Assembly (NCBI GenBank): GCA_965198175.1
Contig: OZ240245.1
Location: forward strand, 1,824,001-1,888,000
Origin: Candidatus Poribacteria bacterium
GTDB taxonomy: Bacteria > Poribacteria > WGA-4E > PCPOR2b
Direction: 5' to 3'
Length of the DNA: 64,000 bases
Part shown: positions 38,915 to 49,965 of the stretch, one piece after another
Layout: each line of letters starts with the position of its first letter
Numbering within the stretch: position 1 is the stretch's first letter
The notes under the pieces: model-generated
Database searches by the model: none
What the model was told of the DNA's origin: nothing
The model's input: the letters and a program-made list of their open reading frames with translations, nothing else
Made by a program: the position numbers and the translations under genes

Positions 38915-40360
38915 TTACTCAATCCAGAACGAGAAGAGACGCGCTTGGTGAAGATAAAACTTCAGGCGCACCGGCTTCTCAAATACCAAGTCGTGTGGGT
39001 ATTTCCATCGAATCTTCGCTTTGGTGCTGTCGCCGGTAAACGGCGGCGGTTCCTCGCCCGGTACCCAGAATCCCTCATGTGGTCGCTGTGTCTCTGCATC
39101 GACAATCTCGCTGTAGATCTCGCCCCAAGTCGCATCCGCATTGATGTAGACATCCTCGCCCTTCAACTCAAACGGCTTTGTTACAATTGTGCCGCATTCA
39201 CCTCCGTCGATAGATACAAAGCCGTCAGGTCGAAGCTTGGCGAGCATCAACGCGCTCGCATCTTCAAAGTGATCGGGTTTGACATTGAGCCGGAACAACT
39301 CCTTGGCACGGTTGAACTCTTTATACTGCTCGATATTTGAAGGCATGCGCAAGGCGTTGTAGTAGCACCAGATTTCACCGTCCTCACGCACGATGGGATG
39401 CCCCGCCATCAGGAGCTGGTTGCACCCATAATTTTCGCCATCGAACGGTTCAAGCTCAATGAACAACGCACGATCAGCGACACGTCCCCAGTGATTGAGG
39501 TTGCGTGAGACCGTCAATTCGATCTGGTTAATGCGGGTGTAGTTTGTTTCCGGTGGCGGAATGGCACCGACAGGATTGAAAATTGTTGGGAAACCGATAT
39601 AGAACCCTTGGTACGGCAGGACAGCCATGTTGTAGCACTCGGCGATGTAATCCTCGTCGTCGATGATGGGCGGGGTGATATATGCCGGGTCTTCAATTAT
39701 TTTGCGGACACGGCGGCGGCGGTTCTCCCGGTCAATCTCGTCGGTGTGGAAGATCAGTTGGGGTTCGGTGAAGGTATTGAAATCGGAACTGGTAGAGAGC
39801 CACACCGAACGTCCCCATTCCGTACTCAGCTTAACCATGGCGAGAAACTGGTTCGACTGGAGGTCATGCGTAAACTGGGACTCGTCTTGACTGGGAATGG
39901 GAGGCGTATCAAGGAGTGTCCAGTCAAATCCGTCCGGAGACACAGCAAGGCGGCGGTTGTTGGCGTTGAACAGCCCTTTGTAGCGGCGGCGGGGATCTGG
40001 ATCGGTTTCATCGCGCACAACGTGAAACGGGAGCCCCTGTCCCATATCTTCCGGGTCGAAGGCGATATTGTTTTTCTTGGAACCGTCCAATTCGTATAAC
40101 CCCAAGGCGGGCTTTTCCCAATGCTCGCCGTATTCAGAGACCGCATAGTACGAATGCCGACCGAAGTACCACCATTCCCACAGTTTTTTCGCCGAATTCC
40201 ATTGTGGGCAGGAACGGCTCTGAATCCCCCCGCCGTGGATGACGGGACCCCATTTCTTTGGGGAGTGTAGCGTACGCGTGGTGCTATTCATGCTTTCCAC
40301 GGCGAAGTCATCCAGAAAAAGTTGGCGGTATTTCATGGGGTTAATCATTTCGAGGGACAC
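38915..40360 (-). CDS. Hypothetical protein, probable five-bladed beta-propeller glycosidase-like (GH32/43/130 clan)
   Basis: QLFLDD, DPRRRYK, SPDGFDW and LRPDGFVS motifs. Confidence 0.65.
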   Translation of the reverse strand: MSLEMINPMKYRQLFLDDFAVESMNSTTRTLHSPKKWGPVIHGGGIQSRSCPQWNSAKKLWEWWYFGRHSYYAVSEYGEHWEKPALGLYELDGSKKNNIAFDPEDMGQGLPFHVVRDETDPDPRRRYKGLFNANNRRLAVSPDGFDWTLLDTPPIPSQDESQFTHDLQSNQFLAMVKLSTEWGRSVWLSTSSDFNTFTEPQLIFHTDEIDRENRRRRVRKIIEDPAYITPPIIDDEDYIAECYNMAVLPYQGFYIGFPTIFNPVGAIPPPETNYTRINQIELTVSRNLNHWGRVADRALFIELEPFDGENYGCNQLLMAGHPIVREDGEIWCYYNALRMPSNIEQYKEFNRAKELFRLNVKPDHFEDASALMLAKLRPDGFVSIDGGECGTIVTKPFELKGEDVYINADATWGEIYSEIVDAETQRPHEGFWVPGEEPPPFTGDSTKAKIRWKYPHDLVFEKPVRLKFYLHQARLFSFWIE

Positions 40361-40467
40361 TGGTGTTTCTCCTTTGGGTGGTGAGGGTAGGAGCAGGCAT
40401 TACCCAATCCCAAATAGCCAAACTTATTTCTTTTAACTTCATTAAACCTCGCCCGTGGGAGCGCCAA

Positions 40468-43400
40468 TTACCCGCTCTCAGAGGAAGTTTCTTCAAAGAT
40501 TGGGGCGAGGTAAGCAGGGTCGGCAGGATTACGAAAGAGGATGTGCAAAGCTTCGAAATCCTGTTTATTCTTGTCGGGATGTTTCTGTATGAGTGTCGGC
40601 AAATCAGTTGTCGAAATGATATAGGAATCCATGTTAACAGTCTTCTCTTGAATGCGTTGTTTCTCAGAGAGCAGGCGGAGTCTTTTGTAAAGTGAGATTT
40701 TGTCATTGTATTTATTGATGGCTACATGTACCATGCCATGGGGCTCAATGAAAACTATACGCTGCTTTTGACCATCAAGAACCCAGAGAATAAAGTCAGG
40801 ATAGAAGCCTTCGTTCTGGTAGAATCCCACGCCTCTACCTCGGCTTTGATTGCGTAAAAGGAATACCTTTTTTTTTACGAGAAGTTTCTCGCGTTGTTGG
40901 CAGACGTAACGACGGAGGTCTTCTACAAAGTGTTTCTCGCTCTCTTGCAAAGCTGGCGGTGCTGTATTCCACGAATCGACCGCTTTGTTAACTACGAGAA
41001 GCGGTTGATAAAGGTGGTTCTCAATATAGACTGCGAGCGCGGGCTTTACCATCGGATCGTAGGCGATTCCTGATTCAGTTATCCGCTTAATTTCCTCGGT
41101 GTAATCCCTCAATTGCTGAATCAGTTGTGAATCCTCTTTGCGAAAGCTAATTTTCCACTTGCCGAAATTGAGGTTGGGGTCATGCTTCTCCAATGTCTCT
41201 AAGGTCATGTTATTTGTATTTGCTTGTTGCTGCGTTAAGCGAAAAAATTTGGCAACATACTTCCGCAAGATAGTAAGCACGAGCAGTTCAAGGCGTTCAA
41301 GGTCCGCCAGACTTCGCGGCTCAAATACAGATTTTTCTGTTACAAAGAGTTGATACAACCCCTTGTCTGGATCGAGAATTTGTTGAACAACATTGGTGTC
41401 AAAAATAAGGTTATGAAACCCTTGTTCTTGTTTGTATTCAAGAAGTTGAAGATAGATCCATTCCCAGTTTATCAGTTTTAAACTCTTGGCGGGGATGGGT
41501 ACATGCTGCCGATTAGGTCCGGCTTGAGTTTCTTGGATTCCAACCGGCTGATAACTCTGGATGATGTCTATAATTTGCGTACTGTGCATAATCTTGCTCG
41601 CGCGATGGGCTTGAAGTTGTACGCACTGCCCCAACGCCGATTCGCGATAGGATGGAGCTTTTGGGTAGCATATATCTTGGTCCGAGTTAAGAATTCTAGG
41701 ACTAGTTGTAATGGGTAACTCTATTTCCATTTGCCCTTCGTACGGAATTTCTTCGCGGTTGAGGTATTCTCGAAATTCGACCATGAAGTTAGCACGGATA
41801 GCAAAGATGTTCAGGGTTTCCAAGAGCGATAGATTGCGCGGATGCTCACCTTCAAGTGCGGCACTGCGTTTAAGGCTCAAGTTCTTGCCGCGCAGGCGCA
41901 CCCCTCTGCCAAACAGTTGGATTATTTGGGAGCCTTCGTTTTTGCCTACGTTGAGCAGTCCCATGGCAGTGACACGCCAGCAGTCCCAGCCTTCGATGAA
42001 CTTTTTCGCGCCGATGAGGATGTTGATGGGGCTTGTAGGGCCGTTGATGTTGCTGAATAGACTCGCGGTAAGGACATCTTCCTGCTTAGTGTCGATGCCG
42101 GCGTTATCGTTTTCGACCAGTTTTTTGAAGGCGGGAGTATCGCCAATGTAGATTATACCAAAATAGCTATGACCGTTGGTGGCTTTCAACCCAATTTCAC
42201 CTGGGGCGTTGCGGACATTGTGGAGATGCAATGCGCCGCTAGTAGTGGTATGGAATATCTCGTTGAGGATACCGGAGTATATTTCTACGGGGCTTTCGCC
42301 GAGTTCTTTGAGATACTTGAGTCGACTGTAGAAGACATCGGTATTGTTCTCGTCAGATAAGCCGGAATCACCGTTGAGAATCCTATTAATGGTGTGGATT
42401 ACCCAGTTGCCTTCGTTTCTTAGAAACCTGTGTAGGAAGCGAATGACGTTGAGAACATCGGAACGCTTTTTGTTGTCATACACAACGTTAACACTGCCAC
42501 CGACGAATGCCCATAATGGAGAGTCTAAGCCGTAAGCGCGCACCGCTTCAGTATTTCGCTTGTAATAACGTCGCTGTTGGTAAAAACTGAGGAGATTACC
42601 CAAGAGGAGTGTCTCGGTTTGAGTCTCTTCATCGTGGCGGACATTAAGAATGCGGAAGTCCTTGCCGTATCCATCGCTGTAGAAATAGCGATAGGAGTAA
42701 TCGAAAACGATGGCTTTTCCGTATTCCTCAACGAGGTCTGCGTTGTTCGCGGCAGCGAGTGCTTGCCCAAAGGTTGCGCTGTATTCAAAGGTGAAACCGG
42801 TTTCGGCGAGATCTTCGCGATATTTTCGCCACACTTTTCGCCCACTGCCTTTGTGCCCTTCGTCGACAAAAATTAGGTTATGCCCTTCAAATGCCTCGAC
42901 TGGGACGCTCACGCCGCCACCTGTCTTCTCGTCCACTAACTTTGTAATTTCGATTACCTGCACTGCGTTGTGGAAGCGCGAAAGGCGATTACCTTCAACG
43001 TTGAAGTGATTACTCCGAATGTCGGAATTTGCGAGTTCGCGGAGATGCTGCTCACTCAATCCTTCGCTAGGTGTGATGAGGACAATGTTGTCTATCGCGG
43101 CCTTGCAGTAGTGGAGGTACTGGTGGTAGTTGATGTGCATAATCAGGGTTTTGCCCGCGCCGGTTGCCATCCAAAAGGCAAGTTTTTGCAAATCGGCGCC
43201 TGTGAAGGGATTACCCATGGCATCGCCGGGGGCTTTCGTGTCGTTACAAGCTTGCACAAAATCGTTGAGGCGATGCAGGAATTCCGCCTGTCGGTTAAAT
43301 TTCCAGTCCAAGAAAATCTCAGTGTAAAATAGTGCGAGGTATTGGAAATAGCGGAGGACTATCGGTTGCGTACGTTTGTAGTTTATTGTGGCTAGGTGTC

Positions 43401-43656
43401 GTTTGATATTCGCATCGTAGGTTGGAAGTGCTTCCTCGATTTTGGAATTTGGTTCTGCGCGGAACATAAGGAATTCACAGATTGGTGAGCGTCCGTCTGG
43501 ATTGAATCCTTCGTCCACATTATTTTTTACATCGTTGAGGAGGGAGCGCGTTGTCTCGTACCTAAACCACTTGTTGAGCCATCTGTGTAGTGTGAGGTGG
43601 CTGTCAAGTTGGCTTTTTGAGTTGTTTCCAGGCATATGCGGTTCATCCTTAGACAA
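40468..43656 (-). CDS. res: Type III restriction endonuclease Res subunit
   Basis: MATGAGKT Walker A, FVDEGH, YSATF, EGWD, QLFGRGVRL and PDF...IEPHG nuclease motif. Confidence 0.9.
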   Translation of the reverse strand: MSKDEPHMPGNNSKSQLDSHLTLHRWLNKWFRYETTRSLLNDVKNNVDEGFNPDGRSPICEFLMFRAEPNSKIEEALPTYDANIKRHLATINYKRTQPIVLRYFQYLALFYTEIFLDWKFNRQAEFLHRLNDFVQACNDTKAPGDAMGNPFTGADLQKLAFWMATGAGKTLIMHINYHQYLHYCKAAIDNIVLITPSEGLSEQHLRELANSDIRSNHFNVEGNRLSRFHNAVQVIEITKLVDEKTGGGVSVPVEAFEGHNLIFVDEGHKGSGRKVWRKYREDLAETGFTFEYSATFGQALAAANNADLVEEYGKAIVFDYSYRYFYSDGYGKDFRILNVRHDEETQTETLLLGNLLSFYQQRRYYKRNTEAVRAYGLDSPLWAFVGGSVNVVYDNKKRSDVLNVIRFLHRFLRNEGNWVIHTINRILNGDSGLSDENNTDVFYSRLKYLKELGESPVEIYSGILNEIFHTTTSGALHLHNVRNAPGEIGLKATNGHSYFGIIYIGDTPAFKKLVENDNAGIDTKQEDVLTASLFSNINGPTSPINILIGAKKFIEGWDCWRVTAMGLLNVGKNEGSQIIQLFGRGVRLRGKNLSLKRSAALEGEHPRNLSLLETLNIFAIRANFMVEFREYLNREEIPYEGQMEIELPITTSPRILNSDQDICYPKAPSYRESALGQCVQLQAHRASKIMHSTQIIDIIQSYQPVGIQETQAGPNRQHVPIPAKSLKLINWEWIYLQLLEYKQEQGFHNLIFDTNVVQQILDPDKGLYQLFVTEKSVFEPRSLADLERLELLVLTILRKYVAKFFRLTQQQANTNNMTLETLEKHDPNLNFGKWKISFRKEDSQLIQQLRDYTEEIKRITESGIAYDPMVKPALAVYIENHLYQPLLVVNKAVDSWNTAPPALQESEKHFVEDLRRYVCQQREKLLVKKKVFLLRNQSRGRGVGFYQNEGFYPDFILWVLDGQKQRIVFIEPHGMVHVAINKYNDKISLYKRLRLLSEKQRIQEKTVNMDSYIISTTDLPTLIQKHPDKNKQDFEALHILFRNPADPAYLAPIFEETSSESG

Positions 43657-43712
43657 GATTGGTTACCATGTCTGTAACAAAGATTAAACAATTTACACAA
43701 TTGAAGTTGATT

Positions 43713-46700
43713 TTATTGTGAAAACATCAAACGTTTAAAGAGTGGATCTAAAGGTTTTGCCTCTGGGACGATACTGTCTGTATTGACGTAGACATCGGAT
43801 GCGCCTTGGGTTAATCCCTCCTCCTGGATGAAGTTGTAATCTCGTTCCCAATTTGCTTTGTTCCAACCTTTGGTCTCGCGCCAAATAATGACGACGTTTT
43901 TCAGCCCGACTGTGCCGTGATAGATGAGGTAACGTCTCTCATCGTCGTACAGACAACGCCGAGTTTGGACCGAGATGCCGAGGAGATAGTTGAAGGTTTC
44001 AGGTAAATCTACAGTCTGCGTTCGCGTCTGCAAATTGTTTGTGATATTAAGTTGATAGCTGAATGGGTTTTGGAGCTCGGCAACGCTCAAAAACGTTGAA
44101 CTTTCGCGAGTTTCGCTCCCTAACCAGTAGCTAAGCAGATGTTTATCGAAAAGCGAATTTTCACGTTCGGTAAATTGGATATTGTTGAGTGCGTCTTCAT
44201 AGGATTCGATTCGCTGGCATTTGATCGTGTGGGAAAGGCGGCTTTCACGGGTAACGGGTTTGGCATCCTTCCATTTTTCGGCGTAGACTGCTTTCATAAT
44301 GCGTGGTTTGAGGACAGTATCGAAATGATGCCCCATTTCAATGAGGATATATTTGCGCTTGCCGTTATCTTGACGGTTAAGGTTGATGGTGGCATGGGCG
44401 GTGGTGCCAGATCCTCCAAAGTAGTCCAACACAATATTGTCGGTATTGAGTGATGAGACACGGAGACAGTCTTCAAGTAGGAAGATGGATTTGGGAAATG
44501 GAAATGCAAGTGCGTCGCCTAGCATATTTTTTAAAAAACCGGTCCCATGTGCTGTTGCTGAGTATTTTGTCTTATCTGTGTTGCCCATCTCCCGGTTATC
44601 TCCTTCATTTTCCATATCTTCATCGTCATTGAATGAGTATTCCATTTTGCCCCACCACGTTGTCGGTAAGGTTCCTTCCTCGTTCAGAAAACGTTTAAAT
44701 CGAATTGAGATCTTGCCATTCCGGTCTGTTTTTGCAGAGATCTCAGATAATTCCAGCTTTTCTTTAAGCGTTTTAACTTCATAACTCCATGTCATCTCTC
44801 CGCTTTTTTCGTCAATTGGCAAAACCGGTGTTTCACCATGTTGCGGTGCTTCTTCGAGACACCACTCCTGGGAGGTGGTATTCCAGTTCATTTTGGGAAT
44901 TCGGATGCGGTTATCCTTGACAAAAACCGGATAAAATAAGCGTGGTCTCGCTACTCGCCGTGCATTAGGCCCACCAGATTTCCTAAAAGGTCTCCATTGG
45001 AAACGACGACCCTTTTCATCAACATTTCTGTAGTTTTCAAGTTGTTTTGCTGTCCATTCAAGACGACTGACCTGTGAAGCCTCCGTTACCCCAAAGAACA
45101 TCGCGTATTCATGAGCAGGGGCAAAACCTTTTGGTCTTTTACGGCCTCCCGGATTGGAACAGACTGCGACAATTCCGAGTTCGTTCTCTTTGCCAAAAAA
45201 ATGCTGGAGGAGGTGTCGGAGATTAGAAGCCTCTACATCATCAATTGCGGCACAGAGGATCCCGTTGTCAGTCAACAGTTCGCGGGAAACTGTGATTCGA
45301 TCTTCCATTAGCGTCAGCCACGAGGAATCTTTATAGTTGTTTTTATACAGGATGGCGGAGGCATCTGTGTTATAAGGCGGGTCAATGTAAGTCACTTTTA
45401 TGGATTCTCGGTATTTCTCTGTTAGTAGGTTTAATGCTTGGAAGTTTTCCCCGTGAATTGACAGCCCGTCTGTTTCATTGTCCAAATTTTCAAATTGAGC
45501 TAAAAGACAATCTTTGAAAGCCGTATTAAAGTGACGAGTGTCAAGAACGAGATTGGGATTCTCTTTGAGGAAGGCAACGGAAAGCGGCTCGCCATAGGCG
45601 GTGTCAACGAGATTGCCAACTAATTCGTGTATACCAAAAAGATGCTTCCACTCCTCGCGCTGGGCAGTATTCTGTGTAATTTCAGGGTAGAATTCTTCTG
45701 GCACTCGATCTAGTGTGATGCAGTAGTCTGTGGAAAGGACGAATTTCTTTTTGAGCCAGAGGCGTTTCTGGAATTCTTCGATCTGGGAGAGAAAGCCGAT
45801 AATTTGGGAGGCTATATCGTAAACAGCTTTCGCCGTTTCAAGCCACCCTAGATTTTTATCCGTTAATATGAAATCGGATAGCGAGATGACTTCGTTTTTG
45901 ATATAGACATCTAGCTCGCGGTTGAGGAACTGGTTGAGGTCCTTGTGGATGAAGAAGTCTGCGGTACTGCGCCGGGTGTAGATTTTTAAGTACGGTTATT
46001 TGGTCTATGCGCCGCTCTAACGCAGCATAGGCTATGTAATCGCTCCTAACGCACTTTAGGATTTCCAATCCTGCGGTCTCATTGATTTTGTCCTGCTGTT
46101 TTTGTCTTCCGTAGAGAGACTTTTCTTCCTCGGTGAGGGGACGGTATTCAAAGGGAATCGATATCTCAGCGAGTTCGGGCGAATAAATTATCTCAGCAGA
46201 TAAGGGGATGAAGAAGCGTTTTGCGCCTTGGACGTTGTCTTTTTCAATATCTACATTACGAAGGTCGAAGGTGACGGTGATGCCCCGGGACTTAAAGCGA
46301 TAGGCGGAGAAATTTTCGCTACTCTTGACATAATATTGGTCTCGGTTTGCCCAGTGGAGGTATACCTCTTCGCCGTTGTATGGGATAGCGTAGCGTTCGG
46401 TTTGGGAGTAGCGTCGGCGTGGGATGAAGTCACCGTCTTCGTAGTAGCGCGAGAAGAAAGTGTAGAGGTGGTTGAAGATCGCATCTGCGCGCTGGTATCG
46501 GGATTGTGGCGCGCCGAGTTGTTCTCGGGTTTCAAGGTATTGCCGGACAAGGGGTGCTTCGCTGTACATCTCGTTGACGAGATTTCCGTCAGCATCTAAA
46601 ACATTGTCACCGAGGGTTTGGCTAATCTGTTGTGCGAGGTCCCCCATTTCTTGGCGTGCGGACTCCGCTGTGCTGTTTGCCTCAAGGACATCATTGACGA

Positions 46701-46845
46701 TGGCAGGGAGTTTTAGGTCAATGAAGTTTTGGATTTGGTCGCGTCGATAGTTAATGATGCGATAAATGCCGAAGTCGAGGTCTGCGTTATCTGCACGGAA
46801 GAGTTGTTGGAGAAGTTCTTGTAGTTTTTGTTGGGAGGTCCGCAT
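43713..46845 (-). pseudogene. mod: Type III R-M methyltransferase Mod, split by a frameshift near 45985
   Basis: N-terminal LDFGIYRI...YFLHWAN-like part (46845-~45988) continues in another frame as YTRRSTADFFIHKDL...FQKRLWLKKKFV into the DPPY / FGGSGTT half. Confidence 0.85.
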
Positions 46846-46895
46846 GTTGTATGTAATGGCGTTGTCTGAAGAATGGGATTTTAGATTGTGTTTTG

Positions 46896-46924
46896 ATTAT
46901 AGCAGAGTTACGCAGCTGAGTAAA
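46896..46924 (-). promoter_or_regulatory. sigma70 promoter of mod-res
   Basis: TTTACT-17 nt-TATAAT with extended -10 TG. Confidence 0.6.
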
Positions 46925-47088
46925 CGGAAATTTTGGCATGAATCCATCTCACCAGAGAGGTCAAACGTGAACTGTGCGTGCAGATTGATAGCCTCCACCC
47001 GCAGCCCGACGCTGGTAGATCTAGGTAAGTTTTCTTCTATTGAACGCGCAATAATGCTTTCTTCCCGGTGTCCCGGTATACCTTGGCG

Positions 47089-47183
47089 CTAATCTTGAAC
47101 GTTGATGTTGACAGTGATTGTGTCGAGCGGGGTGGTTGTCATCGGTGACCGAAACCATGACCGTATGGGAGGAAACGGGTTTC
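47089..47183 (-). pseudogene. Degenerate cadherin-domain fragment
   Basis: Reads ET../SSHTVMVSVTDDNH../DTITVNINVQD* across two frameshifts, matching bacterial cadherin repeat ends. Confidence 0.45.
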
Positions 47184-47235
47184 ACACCAGCTATCCAAAT
47201 AACAGCATCGGTGAAAAACCCAACCTACGATTCTG

Positions 47236-48378
47236 CTAATGGACGCGACCGCGGGCGACGATGTCCCATCGATCGACGATCTGTCCATCTTTTAGCACCG
47301 TGTAGGTGTCTAATAGGTTTGCAACGACACATGCGTGGTTTGGTACTAATCGAAGTTTAGCGCCTATTTCCAGGTCGAAGTTCTTGCGTACTACGAACCC
47401 ATGCTCTTCGGAAAGTTTTTCGACAATCATCTCATAATCTTTATCCTCGAACCGATTAATGGGATACGCGAGTCCGAATCCCTCCATCCCCGACATTCCG
47501 TGTGCGCCTTTATCAGAACTCAAGGTTTTCGATCCGGCGTCGATAATAAAGTAGTCCGAGTTTTGACTCACCACCGTTGCCAGCACTGAGAGTGCAATCT
47601 GGTTTAACTCAATGAGCTTGAGACGCAGCGGCATTCTATCCATAAAGACGTAGTTGCCCGGTCGAATTTCCGTGATGCCGTCGTAACTATCGCTCGCAAG
47701 GGTGCCGGGTGTGGATCCGACGGACATTTCCGAGACTTCGATGCCGACGCTCTCAAGGTTTTTCTGTATGCGCATCAGGATTTCGCACTCTTCTTGGGCG
47801 ATTTTTCGCGCTGCATCCGCGTCTTCTGCCCCATAAGTATGTCCAGCGTGTGACAAAAGCCCTAAAAAATTCAGAGCGGGTTCTTGGACGATTTTTTGCA
47901 CCAACTCGACCAAGCTCGGATCGTCCTCCGCTAGTCCACAACGGTGCAGCCCCACATCTATCTTCAGGAAGATACTGATTTGTTTTTGGTGTTTCTCCGC
48001 AGTTTTGGCGATTGCAACTACCCCTGCAGAGCTATCCACGATGAGTCGCAGATCGACATCATGTGCGAGTGCGGCGGCTATCAGACGGTCTAGCTTTGAA
48101 GCAACAACCAGGGGATACGCCACAGTGACGGAGCGGATCCCGTTTTTGATAAAAACGAGTGCCTCGTCTACCTTAGAAGCGGTAATTCCGACCGCGCCCG
48201 CCATTATCTGTTGCCGGGCGATTTCAAGGCACTTGTGGGTTTTGATGTGTGGGCGGACATTGACGCTGTGCGTATTGGCGATGTTCTGAATCAATTGGAT
48301 GTTTGCTTGCAGCCGCCCTTGATCCAACAAGATGTGAGGGGTTTCGATTTCTAAGAGCGATGTGTCTATCTGTCCCAT
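47236..48378 (-). CDS. PLP-dependent D-threonine aldolase / D-serine deaminase-like protein (alanine racemase fold)
   Basis: RPHIKTHK, HRCG, EIRPGNYVFMD, DAGSK, SEEHG and PNHAC motifs. Confidence 0.9.
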   Translation of the reverse strand: MGQIDTSLLEIETPHILLDQGRLQANIQLIQNIANTHSVNVRPHIKTHKCLEIARQQIMAGAVGITASKVDEALVFIKNGIRSVTVAYPLVVASKLDRLIAAALAHDVDLRLIVDSSAGVVAIAKTAEKHQKQISIFLKIDVGLHRCGLAEDDPSLVELVQKIVQEPALNFLGLLSHAGHTYGAEDADAARKIAQEECEILMRIQKNLESVGIEVSEMSVGSTPGTLASDSYDGITEIRPGNYVFMDRMPLRLKLIELNQIALSVLATVVSQNSDYFIIDAGSKTLSSDKGAHGMSGMEGFGLAYPINRFEDKDYEMIVEKLSEEHGFVVRKNFDLEIGAKLRLVPNHACVVANLLDTYTVLKDGQIVDRWDIVARGRVH

Positions 48379-48566
48379 ATATTTACCTCCAGGCCAAGTA
48401 CGTCCGGGGTAACCCCGCCCAACGCTTGAAAATCGTCACAGGCGTCGGATTGATTGAGTTGGGTTTCCCTATGGTTCAACCCAACGTATATTATTGGTAA
48501 GACAAGTCATGGCGAGAGCCCTGTATTAGGGCAGTCGGACAGGAGGGTTGAAAAGTTTTTACTTAG

Positions 48567-49781
48567 CTACTCATGCCGCAGCGCTTCAATTGGAGACAGT
48601 TTCGCCGCTTTCCATGCCGGATAGGCGCCGAAAAAAATACCGACCCATCCCGCAACGAAAAACGCTAAGCCGGTGTAAATCGGAGAAATTATGGTTCGCC
48701 ACTCCCACAAGGAAGGCACCATCCTGGCGCAAAACACTCCTACACCAATTCCGACCAAGCCGCCGATTACAGATAGCGCTGTTGACTCAATCAAAAACTG
48801 AACCAGGATATCGTGGCGCTTAGCGCCCACAGCCTTCCGCAAACCAATCTCTCTTGTACGCTCGGTTACGGAAACGAGCATGATATTCATTATGCCAATG
48901 CCGCCAACGATTAGCGACACAATTGCAATGCCGAGGATCATGTAGGTGAAGGTTTGTCCGGATTCCTCCAACGTCTCCAAGAACATGGCTTGGTTGCGAA
49001 CATGAAAGTCGAGCGATTTATTGGCGGGAAGCTTGTGCTGTTTCCGCAGCAGGTCTTCGATTTCAGCTTGTGCCGGTTCCATGACTTCACTACTGGCGGC
49101 TTGCACACTGATGGTCGACAGATACTCAGTTCCGAAGACGCGTTTCATAGCCGTGCTGACAGGAATGATAATCTGGTCATCGGGATTGCGGAACCCAGAT
49201 GCGCCTTTTTCCTTAAGCACACCGAGCACATAGAAGTTGTGCCCTTTGATCTTTATGGTTTTCCCAATCGGATTACCGTTTTCGCCAAACAGCTCATCAA
49301 CTACTGATTTTCCGAGCACACAGACCCGCTGCCGTCGGCGAACATCGTTATCGGTGAAGAACGACCCGCTCTCAACGGGGAAATTTTCGGTGTGCTGAAA
49401 CGCGGGCGTTGTACCAACTACGCTTGTGTTTGTGTTTCGGTTCAGGTATTTCGCTTGGGTGCGCTGGTTCACCTGGGGAGCAACATGCAGGGCATTTTTC
49501 ATGCGGCGTTCTAGCACGTCAACATCTTTATATTTCAACGTTCGCCGGCTTTCGCCGAAGCTGCGTCCCCTAAATCGAGTCTGTCCGGGTCGGATGCTGA
49601 GAATATTTGCGCCCAACGTTTTTATGCGTTCAGTGATGTCGGCTTTCGCACCCTCGCCAATTGCGGTGGTCGTCATGATTGCTGCCACGCCGATGACGAC
49701 TCCGAGCATTGTCAGTGCAGATCTGAGTTTGTTGGCAAATAAACTGCGGACAGCGTTCGCTAGACCTTCAAGAAATCCCAT
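48567..49781 (-). CDS. MacB-like ABC transporter permease (no fused ATPase)
   Basis: RSALTMLGVVIG and GGIGIMNIMLVSVTERTREIGLRKAVGA motifs. Confidence 0.92.
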   Translation of the reverse strand: MGFLEGLANAVRSLFANKLRSALTMLGVVIGVAAIMTTTAIGEGAKADITERIKTLGANILSIRPGQTRFRGRSFGESRRTLKYKDVDVLERRMKNALHVAPQVNQRTQAKYLNRNTNTSVVGTTPAFQHTENFPVESGSFFTDNDVRRRQRVCVLGKSVVDELFGENGNPIGKTIKIKGHNFYVLGVLKEKGASGFRNPDDQIIIPVSTAMKRVFGTEYLSTISVQAASSEVMEPAQAEIEDLLRKQHKLPANKSLDFHVRNQAMFLETLEESGQTFTYMILGIAIVSLIVGGIGIMNIMLVSVTERTREIGLRKAVGAKRHDILVQFLIESTALSVIGGLVGIGVGVFCARMVPSLWEWRTIISPIYTGLAFFVAGWVGIFFGAYPAWKAAKLSPIEALRHE

Positions 49782-49965
49782 ATTGTACTCACTCTATAGA
49801 AGTTGTGTCGTGTGTGAAACTCTCCGCCTGTTGGTATCATACTATTGTTTGAGCCGCGTGGTGGAAATTAGTGCTACAGACTGCAACATCAGGCTGATCA
49901 ATCAAGAATTCAGTATGGTGTGACTCATTGCATCATCACTATACTGCGGTCGAACATGGGCGAAC

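Noticed and set aside
43713..45704. Stand-alone 663-aa methyltransferase starting at GTG 45704
   Set aside because: Mod-like sequence continues upstream in the same frame to ~45985, so it is the distal half of one frameshifted gene.
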